A DNA stretch of 64,000 nucleotides from Ignavibacteriota bacterium (GCA_003820375.1 RPQH01000008.1:8567-72566), one strand, 5' to 3'; positions 37,773 through 47,327 are shown, counted from the stretch's first letter. Notes: generated from the letters alone by a model not told the origin. Numbers and translations are program-made.

Positions 37773-38639
37773 ATGGACAACAAATTGTCAACAAACGGTT
37801 CACCAAACGGAGAAATAAGAATAGGTTTCTTTATCTGCCACTGCGGTGTAAATATTTCTACTATTGTTAATGTAGCTGAAGTAAGAGATTATGTAGCCAC
37901 ACTTCCGCACGTTGTTGTATCGAAAGATTATAAGTTCATGTGTTCAGACCCGGGGCAGGAAATAATAATAAATGCCGTAAAGACCAATAAGCTTAACAGG
38001 GTTGTAGTAGCAGCATGTTCACCATTGATGCATGAAGGAACATTCAGAGGTGCCTGTGAAAAAGCGGGAATCAATAAATTTTTATTCCAGATGGCAAATA
38101 TCCGTGAACATTGTTCATGGGTTCATGACGATAAAATTCGTGCAACGGAAAAAGCCAAAGCACTTGCACATGCGGCAGTGAAACGCGTTTCGTTCCATGT
38201 ACCGATGACCGTAAAAAAAGCAAAGGTTAATCCTGATACATTAATAGTAGGCGGAGGAATCTCTGGTATACAGGCAGCACTGGATATAGCTGATTCAGGC
38301 AACAATGTTTACCTGGTGGAAAGAGAACCTTCTATCGGCGGTAAGATGGCTTTGTTCGATAAGACATTCCCAACACTTGACTGCTCTGCTTGTATCTTAA
38401 CGCCTAAGATGGTATCGGTAGGACACAGGGATACAATAAAGTTATATACATGGAGTGAAGTTGTTGCAGTTTCGGGATTTTTAGGAAACTTTAAAGTAAC
38501 AATTAAAAAGAAAGCCCGGTATGTGGATACAGATAAATGCACAGGATGCGGACAATGCTGGAGCCACTGCCCTGCTACGAGATTCCCGTCAAAAAGACAG
38601 GTATTCTTTGGTGATAAACTGATTAACGAAAAAAGATAA
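37773..38639 (+). CDS. hdrA: HdrA N-terminal fragment (N-terminal Cys domain + first part of FAD domain + first half of inserted ferredoxin domain)
   Basis: 288-aa ORF with FICHCG, ACSPLMHE, IREHCSW, the FAD dinucleotide motif LIVGGGISGIQAALDIADSG, and CTGCGQCWSHCP. It stops about 20 codons later. Confidence 0.8.
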   Translation: MDNKLSTNGSPNGEIRIGFFICHCGVNISTIVNVAEVRDYVATLPHVVVSKDYKFMCSDPGQEIIINAVKTNKLNRVVVAACSPLMHEGTFRGACEKAGINKFLFQMANIREHCSWVHDDKIRATEKAKALAHAAVKRVSFHVPMTVKKAKVNPDTLIVGGGISGIQAALDIADSGNNVYLVEREPSIGGKMALFDKTFPTLDCSACILTPKMVSVGHRDTIKLYTWSEVVAVSGFLGNFKVTIKKKARYVDTDKCTGCGQCWSHCPATRFPSKRQVFFGDKLINEKR

Positions 38640-39041
38640 ATGTTACTAAAAGAAATAAAAGAACTGCTTAAATGCAATTGGTATTCTTCAGAAGAATTAC
38701 TGAATAAAGAAATACAATATTGCTTTGCAGCAGACTTAATGAGCGATGTATTAAGATACGGACGCACAGGTTCGCTTTTGATGACCGGCTTAACGAGCAA
38801 TCAAATACTTCAGGTTGCAGAGATACTTGACCTTAGCGGGATAATTTTTGTAAGAGGCAAAAAACCCGATGAAAATATAATAGCTACTGCAGAATTAAGG
38901 AAAATACCATTACTTTCAACTAATTTACTTTTATTTGACTCATGCGGTATACTGTACGCTCAAGGATTACGGGGAGGTAAAAGCAACCTGATGGAAAACG
39001 ATGAACCAAAGAGCAATGTACAGTCAATCGTTCACGATTAA
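38640..39041 (+). CDS. DRTGG domain protein
   Basis: 133-aa ORF whose ATG directly abuts the hdrA-N stop. It has the LMSDVL..GRTGSLLMTG pattern. Confidence 0.7.
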   Translation: MLLKEIKELLKCNWYSSEELLNKEIQYCFAADLMSDVLRYGRTGSLLMTGLTSNQILQVAEILDLSGIIFVRGKKPDENIIATAELRKIPLLSTNLLLFDSCGILYAQGLRGGKSNLMENDEPKSNVQSIVHD

Positions 39042-39441
39042 AGGCGGCGATTTCATAAATGCCGGTACGGTATCGGTTAGAATTAAACGGTTACTGAAAG
39101 AAATAGGCTTAAAACCGGATATAATTTATAGAGCAGCAATTTGCTGTTACGAAGCTGAAATGAATGTGGTCATGTATGCAAACGAGGCAACACTGGATTT
39201 TACGATTACTGTAGAAAATATTACTGTAAAATTATCGGATAAGGGACCGGGAATAAAAAATATAGAGCTCGCAATGAAGGAAGGATATTCGACTGCTACG
39301 GAAAAAATGAGAGAGATGGGTTTTGGCGCAGGAATGGGATTACCAAATATTAAAAATAATGCTGATGTATTCGAGATTGAGTCAGAGATTGCAAAGGGAA
39401 CTATCATCAGCTTTAAGATAAACTTAAATGGAAAGCATTAA
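39001..39441 (+). CDS. Anti-sigma-factor-type GHKL ATPase / serine kinase-like protein
   Basis: 146-aa ORF with HATPase_c-like motifs (DKGPGI, GFGAGMGLPN). Confidence 0.7.
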   Translation: MNQRAMYSQSFTIKGGDFINAGTVSVRIKRLLKEIGLKPDIIYRAAICCYEAEMNVVMYANEATLDFTITVENITVKLSDKGPGIKNIELAMKEGYSTATEKMREMGFGAGMGLPNIKNNADVFEIESEIAKGTIISFKINLNGKH

Positions 39442-40765
39442 TAACGGGAATTCGGGTCATTCAATATATTTCGATCCATCGAAATGTAACGGAGATATGG
39501 CTTGCCTCAGGATTTGCCCTGTAGAAGCTATCAGAGTCCGTAACAGAAAATCATATATGCTTCCGGAGAAATGTATTGATTGCGGTGTATGCGTGCAGGC
39601 ATGCAAATCAAAAGCAATTATTCCTTTAACCAATTCATTTACTGACCTCTCAAGCTTTAAATATACGATTGCAATTCCTTCGCTATCCATTTACAGCCAG
39701 TTTGACAGGCACATTACTCCTGATGTAATACTATCGGCGCTTAAGAAGATAGGTTTTAATGAAGTTGTTGATATAACTAAAGCTTGTGTAACCGTTTACA
39801 AAGCTATAAAAAAATATCTCAATGATAACAAAGGAAGAAAACCGCTTATATGCACATTTTGTCCAACTTGTTTGCGTCTAATTCACACAAAATATCCCGA
39901 GTTAATCCAGCATGTAATACCTGTTATCTCACCGATAGAGTTGGCAGCACGCGAAGCAAGAATTGAATATGCAAAAAGATACAGGGTAAAAAAGGAAGAA
40001 ATCGGAATCATTTACATAACACCATGCCCTTCCAGGTTAGCATTAATATCACAGGAAGATGAAAATTATTATCCAAGCTTTGACGGTGCAATTCCTATTA
40101 CAGATATTTATAACAGCCTTTACGCAGCTATTAATACTACATTAAAAGACAGGCATAACGGAACAGAGCATTTTGCAATGAACGGCTTTGGGCTGCATTT
40201 CGGATACCTGGGCGGACTCAGCTATATGCTCGGCACAAATAATCATATAACAATTTCGGGAATAAACAATGTACAGTTCCTGCTAGATGAAATTGACAAA
40301 GGAAAATTAAGCAATATAGAGTTTGTAGAAATGAACTCATGCCAGGAAGCATGTACCGGTGGCTCATTGGTTGTTGAAAACGCATACATGGCAGTAAATA
40401 AAATGAAATATCTTATTGATGAATTTGGGGAAAAGAAACTGCCCATCGGCAAAAAAGATGATACAGATATTAATTCGGTTTATTCGGATTCAATTTTCCC
40501 TTCTATAAACGGGGAACAAAATAATGTTGACCTTGAAGATGCAATAGGAAAGATATCAAAACGGAATGAAATATATTCACAGCTAATGAAAATAAACTGC
40601 AGTGCATGCGGTTCACCGACATGCATGAGCTTTGCAGAAGATGTTGTGCACGATGAAGCCAATATGAATGACTGCATATTTGTTCAGAATGAAGAGTTAA
40701 AGCATAAGTTAAAAGAAAAGATAATGACAATTCTTGAATTACAGCAAAAGCTTAACGAAAAATGA
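39428..40765 (+). CDS. [FeFe]-hydrogenase-like (H-cluster domain) putative sensory protein with N-terminal 2x4Fe-4S and C-terminal 4-Cys domain
   Basis: 445-aa ORF. Ferredoxin motifs are CNGDMACLRICP and CIDCGVCVQACK. Degenerate H-domain motifs are CTFCPTC (L1-like), TPCPSR (L2-like, no Lys) and EMNSCQEACTGG (L3-like). C-terminal CSACGSPTCMSFAE. Confidence 0.75.
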   Translation: MESINNGNSGHSIYFDPSKCNGDMACLRICPVEAIRVRNRKSYMLPEKCIDCGVCVQACKSKAIIPLTNSFTDLSSFKYTIAIPSLSIYSQFDRHITPDVILSALKKIGFNEVVDITKACVTVYKAIKKYLNDNKGRKPLICTFCPTCLRLIHTKYPELIQHVIPVISPIELAAREARIEYAKRYRVKKEEIGIIYITPCPSRLALISQEDENYYPSFDGAIPITDIYNSLYAAINTTLKDRHNGTEHFAMNGFGLHFGYLGGLSYMLGTNNHITISGINNVQFLLDEIDKGKLSNIEFVEMNSCQEACTGGSLVVENAYMAVNKMKYLIDEFGEKKLPIGKKDDTDINSVYSDSIFPSINGEQNNVDLEDAIGKISKRNEIYSQLMKINCSACGSPTCMSFAEDVVHDEANMNDCIFVQNEELKHKLKEKIMTILELQQKLNEK

Positions 40766-41097
40766 AATTAAAAGAATTAACAGAGAAATGCGGGCTGGAA
40801 ACCGTTAACGGCTTTGCTGATGAAAATAAAGAAATAGCCGGTGCTTATTCAAGTGACCTCCTGAGCGATGTAATTGCCAATGCAAAAAAAGATTTTGTCT
40901 GGATAACATTGCAGACTCATTTAAATATAATTGCAGTAGCAGCACTGAAAGAGCTTGCAGCTATAATAATAGTAAATAATAAAGAAATAGACAAAGATAC
41001 ATTACAAAAAGCGGAAGAAGAAAAAGTTACTCTTTTAAGAACAGGATTAAATACTTTTCAGATAAGCGGAAAAATTTATGAGTGCGGTATTCATTAA
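40762..41097 (+). CDS. DRTGG domain protein
   Basis: 111-aa ORF with the LLSDVI pattern. It is paralogous to 38640-39041. Confidence 0.65.
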   Translation: MKLKELTEKCGLETVNGFADENKEIAGAYSSDLLSDVIANAKKDFVWITLQTHLNIIAVAALKELAAIIIVNNKEIDKDTLQKAEEEKVTLLRTGLNTFQISGKIYECGIH

Positions 41098-41111
41098 AAA
41101 CAAAATGTTTA

Positions 41112-41825
41112 ATGAAAATAAAAGCAGATATCCATATTCATACATGCTTATCACCTTGTGCAGATATATTAATATCGCCAAAAAGAATAGTGGAAAAGGC
41201 ATTTAATACAGATTTAAATATGATTTTTATAACAGACCATAATTCACTTAATAATGCAGAAGCGGCAATCAAAGCTGCCCGGTATTATCCATCGCTTGCA
41301 GTTTACCCCGGTATGGAAATCACTTCAAGAGAGGAAGTTCACATACTCGGACTTTTCGGAAATATGGCTGATGCTCTAAGCACAGAAGAAGTAATTACAA
41401 CTTACCTGCCTGATGCAGTAAGTGATTCTGAATACCGTGAGCAAATCATAGCAAATGAGTTTGATGAAGTTGAAGGGTTCTGTTTAAAATCATTATTCAA
41501 TGCAGTAAATATTAAGACTGAAGATATAATAAAACTTATACACAATAATAACGGAATTGCAGCAGCGGCACATATAGACAGGCCAAGCTTTTCAATAATA
41601 AGCCAATTAGGGTTTATTCCGGATGATATAGGATTTGATGCATTGGAGATTTCACCAAACCTTGATATAGAAAAAGCAAAAGAAAAATATCCTGAATACT
41701 TAGGAAAATATAAATTCTTAAGAGGTTCCGATTCTCATTCATTGAATTGGATAGGTTCCGTTTACACTGAGTTTGAAGGTAAAAATAATACCTTTGGAGA
41801 GTTTGCACAGTATTTAATTTCCTGA
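41112..41825 (+). CDS. PHP-domain phosphoesterase
   Basis: MKIKADIHIHTCLSPC..FITDHN..AAHIDR metal-binding His/Asp pattern. The ORF track start at 41082 overlaps the upstream gene; ATG 41112 is preferred. Confidence 0.75.
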   Translation: MKIKADIHIHTCLSPCADILISPKRIVEKAFNTDLNMIFITDHNSLNNAEAAIKAARYYPSLAVYPGMEITSREEVHILGLFGNMADALSTEEVITTYLPDAVSDSEYREQIIANEFDEVEGFCLKSLFNAVNIKTEDIIKLIHNNNGIAAAAHIDRPSFSIISQLGFIPDDIGFDALEISPNLDIEKAKEKYPEYLGKYKFLRGSDSHSLNWIGSVYTEFEGKNNTFGEFAQYLIS

Positions 41826-41827
41826 TA

Positions 41828-42367
41828 ATGCAGGATATTTCATTACATATACTTGATATAGCTGAAAATTCAATCAAAGCAGGTGCAAATTTTATTGAGA
41901 TAGCGATAAACGAAGATACAGAGAAAAATTCTTTGACAATTGAAATAAGAGACAACGGAAAAGGAATGAGCAGCGAGATGGCTGCTAAAGTGAAGGACCC
42001 GTTTACAACATCAAGGACAGAAAGAAAAGTAGGTTTAGGGCTTTCACTTCTTGAACAGGCAGCAATAGCAGCAGGAGGAAAAGTAACGGTTGAATCTGAA
42101 GAAGGAAAAGGCACAACGGTAAAAGCAGAATTCATGTATGATCATATAGACAGGAAACCGATGGGAAAAATTACTGATACTCTTATTTCGTTATTATCTA
42201 ATGAAAATAATATAGATATCAAATACACTCATAAAAAGAACACAGGTGAATTTGAATTTGTCAGCACACAATTAAAAAGTTTATTAGGATTAAATTCCTT
42301 AAAAGACAGCAAAGTGTTAATTGTACTTAAAGAAATTATAAACTCCAAATTAGAAGAAATATCATAG
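41828..42367 (+). CDS. GHKL (histidine-kinase-like) ATPase domain protein
   Basis: 179-aa ORF with LHILDIAENSIKAGA (N-box), DNGKGM and GLGLSLL. Confidence 0.75.
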   Translation: MQDISLHILDIAENSIKAGANFIEIAINEDTEKNSLTIEIRDNGKGMSSEMAAKVKDPFTTSRTERKVGLGLSLLEQAAIAAGGKVTVESEEGKGTTVKAEFMYDHIDRKPMGKITDTLISLLSNENNIDIKYTHKKNTGEFEFVSTQLKSLLGLNSLKDSKVLIVLKEIINSKLEEIS

Positions 42368-42375
42368 GAGAAAAA

Positions 42376-42828
42376 ATGGAAGCTGATGTTATCGACAAAA
42401 TAATAGAGAAACATCCTAAAGAGCCATCATCAATTATACAGGTACTTCTTGATGTTCAAAGTGAACTGTATTATTTACCCGAAGATGTTCTTAAATACGT
42501 TTCCGCTGAATTAAAAGTACCTATAAGCAGAACTTACAATCTTGCTACGTTTTATAAAGCATTCAGCTTAAAGCCAAAAGGCAAACATCCTATTTCAGTT
42601 TGTACGGGTACTGCCTGTTACGTTGAAGGTGCTGATAAATTAATGGAGCAGTTTGAAAGAGAATTGGGTATAAAAGACGGGGAGACAACTGCTGACAAGA
42701 AATTCAGCTTAGAAAGTGTAAGATGTCTTGGCTGCTGCGGATTAGCACCTGTAGTAACAGTAGGCAAGAACTTACATGGCAAGCTGCCGTCTTCAAAAGT
42801 TGGTAAAATTTTAAAACAATATAAATAA
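42376..42828 (+). CDS. NuoE/HydC-like 2Fe-2S subunit
   Basis: 150-aa ORF with CTGTAC...CLGCCGLAP. Confidence 0.9.
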   Translation: MEADVIDKIIEKHPKEPSSIIQVLLDVQSELYYLPEDVLKYVSAELKVPISRTYNLATFYKAFSLKPKGKHPISVCTGTACYVEGADKLMEQFERELGIKDGETTADKKFSLESVRCLGCCGLAPVVTVGKNLHGKLPSSKVGKILKQYK

Positions 42829-42836
42829 AAAGTAAA

Positions 42837-43226
42837 ATGGCTTCAAAAATATCAATCGAAGACTTAGCCAAAATAAGGAAAGAGACATTGAGAACGATGA
42901 ACCTGAGAGAAGGTTCAGGAAAAGTTAAGATGAATGTGCATATGGGTACATGCGGTATTGCAGCAGGAGCAAGGAAAATCCTCGAGGCAGTACTGAGCGA
43001 GGTTGAAACACGCGGGCTAAATGATATAATAGTAACAAATTCCGGCTGTGCAGGGCTTTGCAGCCAGGAACCTATGATGACTGTAGAGGTCTATAACGAA
43101 CCGGCACCGGTTAAATATGTTTCTCTTACACCGGAAAAGGTTAAAAAGATTTTTGATTCACACGTTTTAAAAGGTGAAATAGTAAAAGAATATGCACTCG
43201 CTTTAGGCAGCGAGACAACGGTATAA
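42837..43226 (+). CDS. Thioredoxin-like [2Fe-2S] ferredoxin
   Basis: 129-aa ORF with MGTCGIAAGA...GCAGLCSQEP. Confidence 0.8.
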   Translation: MASKISIEDLAKIRKETLRTMNLREGSGKVKMNVHMGTCGIAAGARKILEAVLSEVETRGLNDIIVTNSGCAGLCSQEPMMTVEVYNEPAPVKYVSLTPEKVKKIFDSHVLKGEIVKEYALALGSETTV

Positions 43227-43252
43227 AGTTTTTTAACTAAAGGAGTAAATAA

Positions 43253-45079
43253 ATGGCATACAGAACATATTTAATGGTATGCGCGGGTACTGGATGTGTA
43301 GCCAATAACTCGATGAAAATTAAAGAAAAGCTGGAAGATGAATTACTTAAACGGGGAATTCATAATGAGGTCAGTGTAGTAACAACAGGATGCAACGGCT
43401 TCTGTGCTGCAGGACCTCTGATGGTTGTACAACCCGATGGAGTATTTTACCAGCTTTTAAAAGAGAGCGATATTCCACTGCTTGTAGAAGAGCATTTCAT
43501 AAAAGGACGGCCGGTAAAGAAATTAATGTACACTCCTCCCAAGGAGAAGTCGTCTATCCCGAAAATGTCAGACATCCCCTTCTTTGCTAACCAAACTTTG
43601 ATTGCATTGAAAAACAGGGGCCTGATTGACCCGGAAAAAATTGACGAATACATTGCAAGAGGCGGTTATGAGGCCCTTGCAAAAGTATTAACTACAATGA
43701 CATCTGAAGAGGTAATAAAAGAGATTAAAGATTCCGGTTTACGCGGCAGAGGAGGCGGAGGATTCCCAACAGGTATTAAATGGGAAACCTGTAAGAGAAT
43801 GGAAGCTGATACAAGGTATGTTATCTGTAATGCAGATGAGGGTGACCCCGGTGCATTCATGGATAGAAGCATTATTGAATCAGACCCTCATGCAGTTTTA
43901 GAAGGAATGTGTATAGGTGCATTTGCCATCGGTGCTTCTGACGGATATATCTATATCAGGAATGAATACCCTATTGCACTGCAAAGATTGCAGGTAGCAA
44001 TTAAGCAGGCACGTGAATACGGTCTTCTGGGGAAGAACATATTCGGTACAGATTTCAGCTTTGATGTCAGGATAGTCAGAGGAGCCGGAGCATTCGTTTG
44101 CGGTGAATCAACTGCACTCATGGCATCAATAGAAGGCAAGCCGGGCGAACCGAGAGCTAAATATGTTCATACGGTTGAAAAAGGACTTCACGATAAGCCG
44201 ACATGTCTTAATAATGTTGAGACATGGGCTAATGTTGCACAGATAATAACCAGAGGTGCTTCATGGTTCTCAAGCATAGGTACCGGAGATGTCTCCGAAG
44301 ATGCATGGGGCGGAAGTAAAGGTACAAAAGTATTTTCACTTTCAGGTAAAGTAAATAACACCGGATTAATAGAAGTACCGATGGGTATATCACTCCGCCA
44401 GATAATTTATGATATAGGCGGCGGAATAAAAGACGGAAAGAAATTTAAAGCTGTACAGACAGGCGGACCATCAGGCGGATTTATTCCTGAAAGCCTGCTT
44501 GACCTGCCGGTTGATTATGAAGAACTGACTAGAGTCGGCTCTATGATGGGTTCCGGAGGTATGGTTGTTACCGATGAGGATAACTGCATGGTTGAAATGG
44601 CAAAATATTTTCTCAGCTTCACACAGGCTGAATCATGCGGAAAATGTATTCCATGCAGGGAAGGTACAAAGAGAATGCTGGATATACTTGAAAAAATAAC
44701 AACCGGTGAAGGCACTGAAGAAGATCTTGTATTGCTTGAAGAGCTTTCATACATGGTTGTTGACTCATCGCTGTGTGCTTTAGGCGGTTCAGCACCGAAC
44801 CCGGTATTGACTACCTTAAAATATTTCAGAGATGAATACGAGACTCACGTAAGAGATAAAAAGTGTCCTGCTCACTGCTGCAAAGCTTTAATAAAGTACT
44901 CGATCGATCCGAATATATGCGTAGAAAAAGGACATGGCTGCGGTGTATGTTCAAAGAGCTGTCCTGACGGAGCAATAATAGGTGAATCAAAACAGGTACA
45001 CTATATTGACCTGATGAAATGCGGAAAATGCGGCATATGTTATGACTCGTGTAAGTTTAATGCAATTTATATTGAATAA
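43253..45079 (+). CDS. NuoF/HydB-like flavoprotein, long form (N-terminal 2Fe-2S + FMN/NADH + C-terminal 2x4Fe-4S)
   Basis: 608-aa ORF. N-terminal CAGTGC..GCNGFCAAGP, then GRGGGGFPTG and ESCGKCIPCREG. The C-terminus carries CVEKGHGCGVCSKSCP and CGKCGICYDSC. Confidence 0.9.
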   Translation: MAYRTYLMVCAGTGCVANNSMKIKEKLEDELLKRGIHNEVSVVTTGCNGFCAAGPLMVVQPDGVFYQLLKESDIPLLVEEHFIKGRPVKKLMYTPPKEKSSIPKMSDIPFFANQTLIALKNRGLIDPEKIDEYIARGGYEALAKVLTTMTSEEVIKEIKDSGLRGRGGGGFPTGIKWETCKRMEADTRYVICNADEGDPGAFMDRSIIESDPHAVLEGMCIGAFAIGASDGYIYIRNEYPIALQRLQVAIKQAREYGLLGKNIFGTDFSFDVRIVRGAGAFVCGESTALMASIEGKPGEPRAKYVHTVEKGLHDKPTCLNNVETWANVAQIITRGASWFSSIGTGDVSEDAWGGSKGTKVFSLSGKVNNTGLIEVPMGISLRQIIYDIGGGIKDGKKFKAVQTGGPSGGFIPESLLDLPVDYEELTRVGSMMGSGGMVVTDEDNCMVEMAKYFLSFTQAESCGKCIPCREGTKRMLDILEKITTGEGTEEDLVLLEELSYMVVDSSLCALGGSAPNPVLTTLKYFRDEYETHVRDKKCPAHCCKALIKYSIDPNICVEKGHGCGVCSKSCPDGAIIGESKQVHYIDLMKCGKCGICYDSCKFNAIYIE

Positions 45080-45090
45080 AGGAGAACAAC

Positions 45091-46854
45091 ATGATAAAAT
45101 TAACTATAGACGGAAAACAACTCGAGGTTTTTGAAGATACCTCTATATTAAAAGCTGCGGAAAAAGCTGGTATTTGGATACCTACTATGTGTCATTGTGA
45201 TTACATAGAACCATATGGTGTATGCCGTCTTTGCAGTGTTGAGGTGGTAAAAGGAAAAAGAAGCCGTATTGTAACTGCCTGCAACTATCCCGTCAGGGAA
45301 GGGCTTACGGTCAGAACAAACTCCGAAAGAGTAAAATGGATAAGAAAAATCATTATGGAGCTTATGCTTTCACGCTGGCCTAATGTTCCCGCTGTAAAGG
45401 AAATGGCTGAACAGCTTGGTATATCCAAACCAAGATTTGAAAGCAAAGAAAAAGATGAAGCTGAAGATGCATGTATATTATGCGGTATGTGCGTTAATGT
45501 TTGCAATGACCTTGTAGGTAAAGGCGTACTCGGATTTTCGAAAATGGGAATTGAAAGAGAAGTTGTTCTTCCTTACAATGAACGCTCGGAAGAATGTATC
45601 GCATGCGGTGCATGCGCTTATGTTTGCCCGACCAAGCATATTAAAGTTAAATCACTTGAATATGAAAGAGGAGCAATACAGGACTGGAGCCTAGCATCCA
45701 AAACTGCAATTTATGTTCCTACCATGCAGGCTGTACCAAGAGTACCGACTATCGATGAGGCATCCTGTATCAACAAGCAAACCGGCGGATGTAAAGCATG
45801 TCAAACATACTGCGAGCCGGGAGCTATAAATTATGATATGAAAGATGAAGAAATCGAGGTCGAAGTTGGACAGATACTGATTACTACAGGATACCAGCTT
45901 ATGGACCTGACAAAGATGCCGCAGTTTGGTTACGGGCGTCTTGATAATGTATATTCATCACTTGATTTTGAACATATGCTTAACTCAACCGGACCGACTA
46001 ACGGTACAATTCAGTGTAAAGACGGCTCAGTTCCAAGAGCAGTTGGTATTATTCACTGCATTGGTTCAAGAGATGAAAATTATCACAAATACTGCTCAAG
46101 AGTATGCTGTATGTATGCTCTGAAATTTGCACATCTTATTAAAGACAGAACAACAGCAGAAGTATATCAATTCTATATTGATATGAGGGCATTTGGAAAA
46201 GGGTATGAAGAATTCTACAAGAGACTGCTTGATGAAGGAGTAAACATGATAAGAGGTAAAGTCGGAGAAGTAACCGAATGCAGGGTTGACGGCGAAAAGC
46301 CATTCCTGAAAGTTGCATGTGAAGATACACTAATAGGAAAATTCAGGGAAATTCCGCTTGATATGGTAATCCTGTGTCCTGCAATAGAATCGAATGCAGA
46401 CTCATCGGATTTGAAAAAGATATTCTCAATCAGCCAGAGTCCTGATAAATTCTTCCTCGAAAGACATCCAAAGCTTGACCCGATGTCAACAATGACAGAC
46501 GGAATATTTATAGCAGGGTGTGCCCAGGGACCGAAGGATATTCCGGATTCGGTTGCACAGGCATCAGGAGCCGCAGCAAAGATATTATCACTTATTTCAG
46601 TTGGTGAAGTTGCAGTTGATCCTATCAAAGCTGAAATAGTTGAAGAACGCTGCAGCGGATGCCGTATCTGTAATAACCTGTGTCCGTACGGTGCTATATC
46701 ATATATTGATGAAAAGAAAATATCCTTCATTAATGATATGTTATGCAAAGGATGCGGAACATGTGTAGCTGCATGCCCGTCATCAGTAATTACAGGCAAA
46801 GGATTCACAGATGCACAGATAATGGCAGAAATTGAAGGCTTATTGGCTATATAA
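45091..46854 (+). CDS. Fusion protein: HydA/NuoG-type 2Fe-2S + 2x4Fe-4S N-domain joined to the C-terminal two-thirds of HdrA
   Basis: 587-aa ORF. Residues 1-~190 resemble the N-terminus of hydA in this window (IDGK..ILKAA..IPTMCH..GVCRLCSVEV; CILCGMCVNVC; CIACGACAYVCP). The rest continues HdrA exactly where 37773-38639 stops (KTAIYVPTMQAVP..C..CKACQTYC..ILITTGY..IHCIGSRD..CSRVCC..IFIAGCAQGPKDI..CSGCRICNNLCP..CKGCGTCVAACP). Confidence 0.85.
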   Translation: MIKLTIDGKQLEVFEDTSILKAAEKAGIWIPTMCHCDYIEPYGVCRLCSVEVVKGKRSRIVTACNYPVREGLTVRTNSERVKWIRKIIMELMLSRWPNVPAVKEMAEQLGISKPRFESKEKDEAEDACILCGMCVNVCNDLVGKGVLGFSKMGIEREVVLPYNERSEECIACGACAYVCPTKHIKVKSLEYERGAIQDWSLASKTAIYVPTMQAVPRVPTIDEASCINKQTGGCKACQTYCEPGAINYDMKDEEIEVEVGQILITTGYQLMDLTKMPQFGYGRLDNVYSSLDFEHMLNSTGPTNGTIQCKDGSVPRAVGIIHCIGSRDENYHKYCSRVCCMYALKFAHLIKDRTTAEVYQFYIDMRAFGKGYEEFYKRLLDEGVNMIRGKVGEVTECRVDGEKPFLKVACEDTLIGKFREIPLDMVILCPAIESNADSSDLKKIFSISQSPDKFFLERHPKLDPMSTMTDGIFIAGCAQGPKDIPDSVAQASGAAAKILSLISVGEVAVDPIKAEIVEERCSGCRICNNLCPYGAISYIDEKKISFINDMLCKGCGTCVAACPSSVITGKGFTDAQIMAEIEGLLAI

Positions 46855-46895
46855 TAAAAGATTTAAGAGAAATATAATTTAATATTCATATTATA

Positions 46896-47327
46896 ATGGA
46901 AACTCAAATAAAATCAAAAGAGAATTTTAATCCAAGGATAGTTGCCTTTCTTTGCAACTGGTGTACATACACAGGTGCAGACCTTGCAGGTGTAGCACGC
47001 ATGAAATCTTCACCAAGTGTCCGTGTAATAAGGACCATGTGCAGCGGAAGAGTTGACCCTACATTTGTTTTAAAAGCGTTCAAGATGGGAGCTGACGGAG
47101 TTATGATAGGCGGATGCCACATCGGAGACTGTCATTATTCAGAAGGTAATTTTAAAACATTGAGAAGGGTGGAATTTCTTAAGATAATGCTGAAGGATTT
47201 TGGTATTGACCCCAAAAGATTACGGCTTGAATGGATATCTGCTTCGGAAGGTGATAAATATGCTCATGTTACAAATGAGTTCGAGAAGGAACTGAGAGAA
47301 CTGGGACCATTAGTATTACAGGAGTAA
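46896..47327 (+). CDS. mvhD: MvhD/FlpD-like hydrogenase delta subunit
   Basis: 143-aa ORF with FLCNWCTY..GADLAG..CSGRVDP..GGCHIGDCHY. Confidence 0.9.
   Translation: METQIKSKENFNPRIVAFLCNWCTYTGADLAGVARMKSSPSVRVIRTMCSGRVDPTFVLKAFKMGADGVMIGGCHIGDCHYSEGNFKTLRRVEFLKIMLKDFGIDPKRLRLEWISASEGDKYAHVTNEFEKELRELGPLVLQE

Noticed and set aside
38309-38800. Possibility that hdrA-N and the DRTGG gene are one frameshifted gene
   Set aside because: The hdrA-N stop (TAA 38637-38639) is followed immediately by ATG 38640 in the same frame. The downstream protein is a complete DRTGG-type domain unrelated to HdrA, so these are two genuine back-to-back genes.
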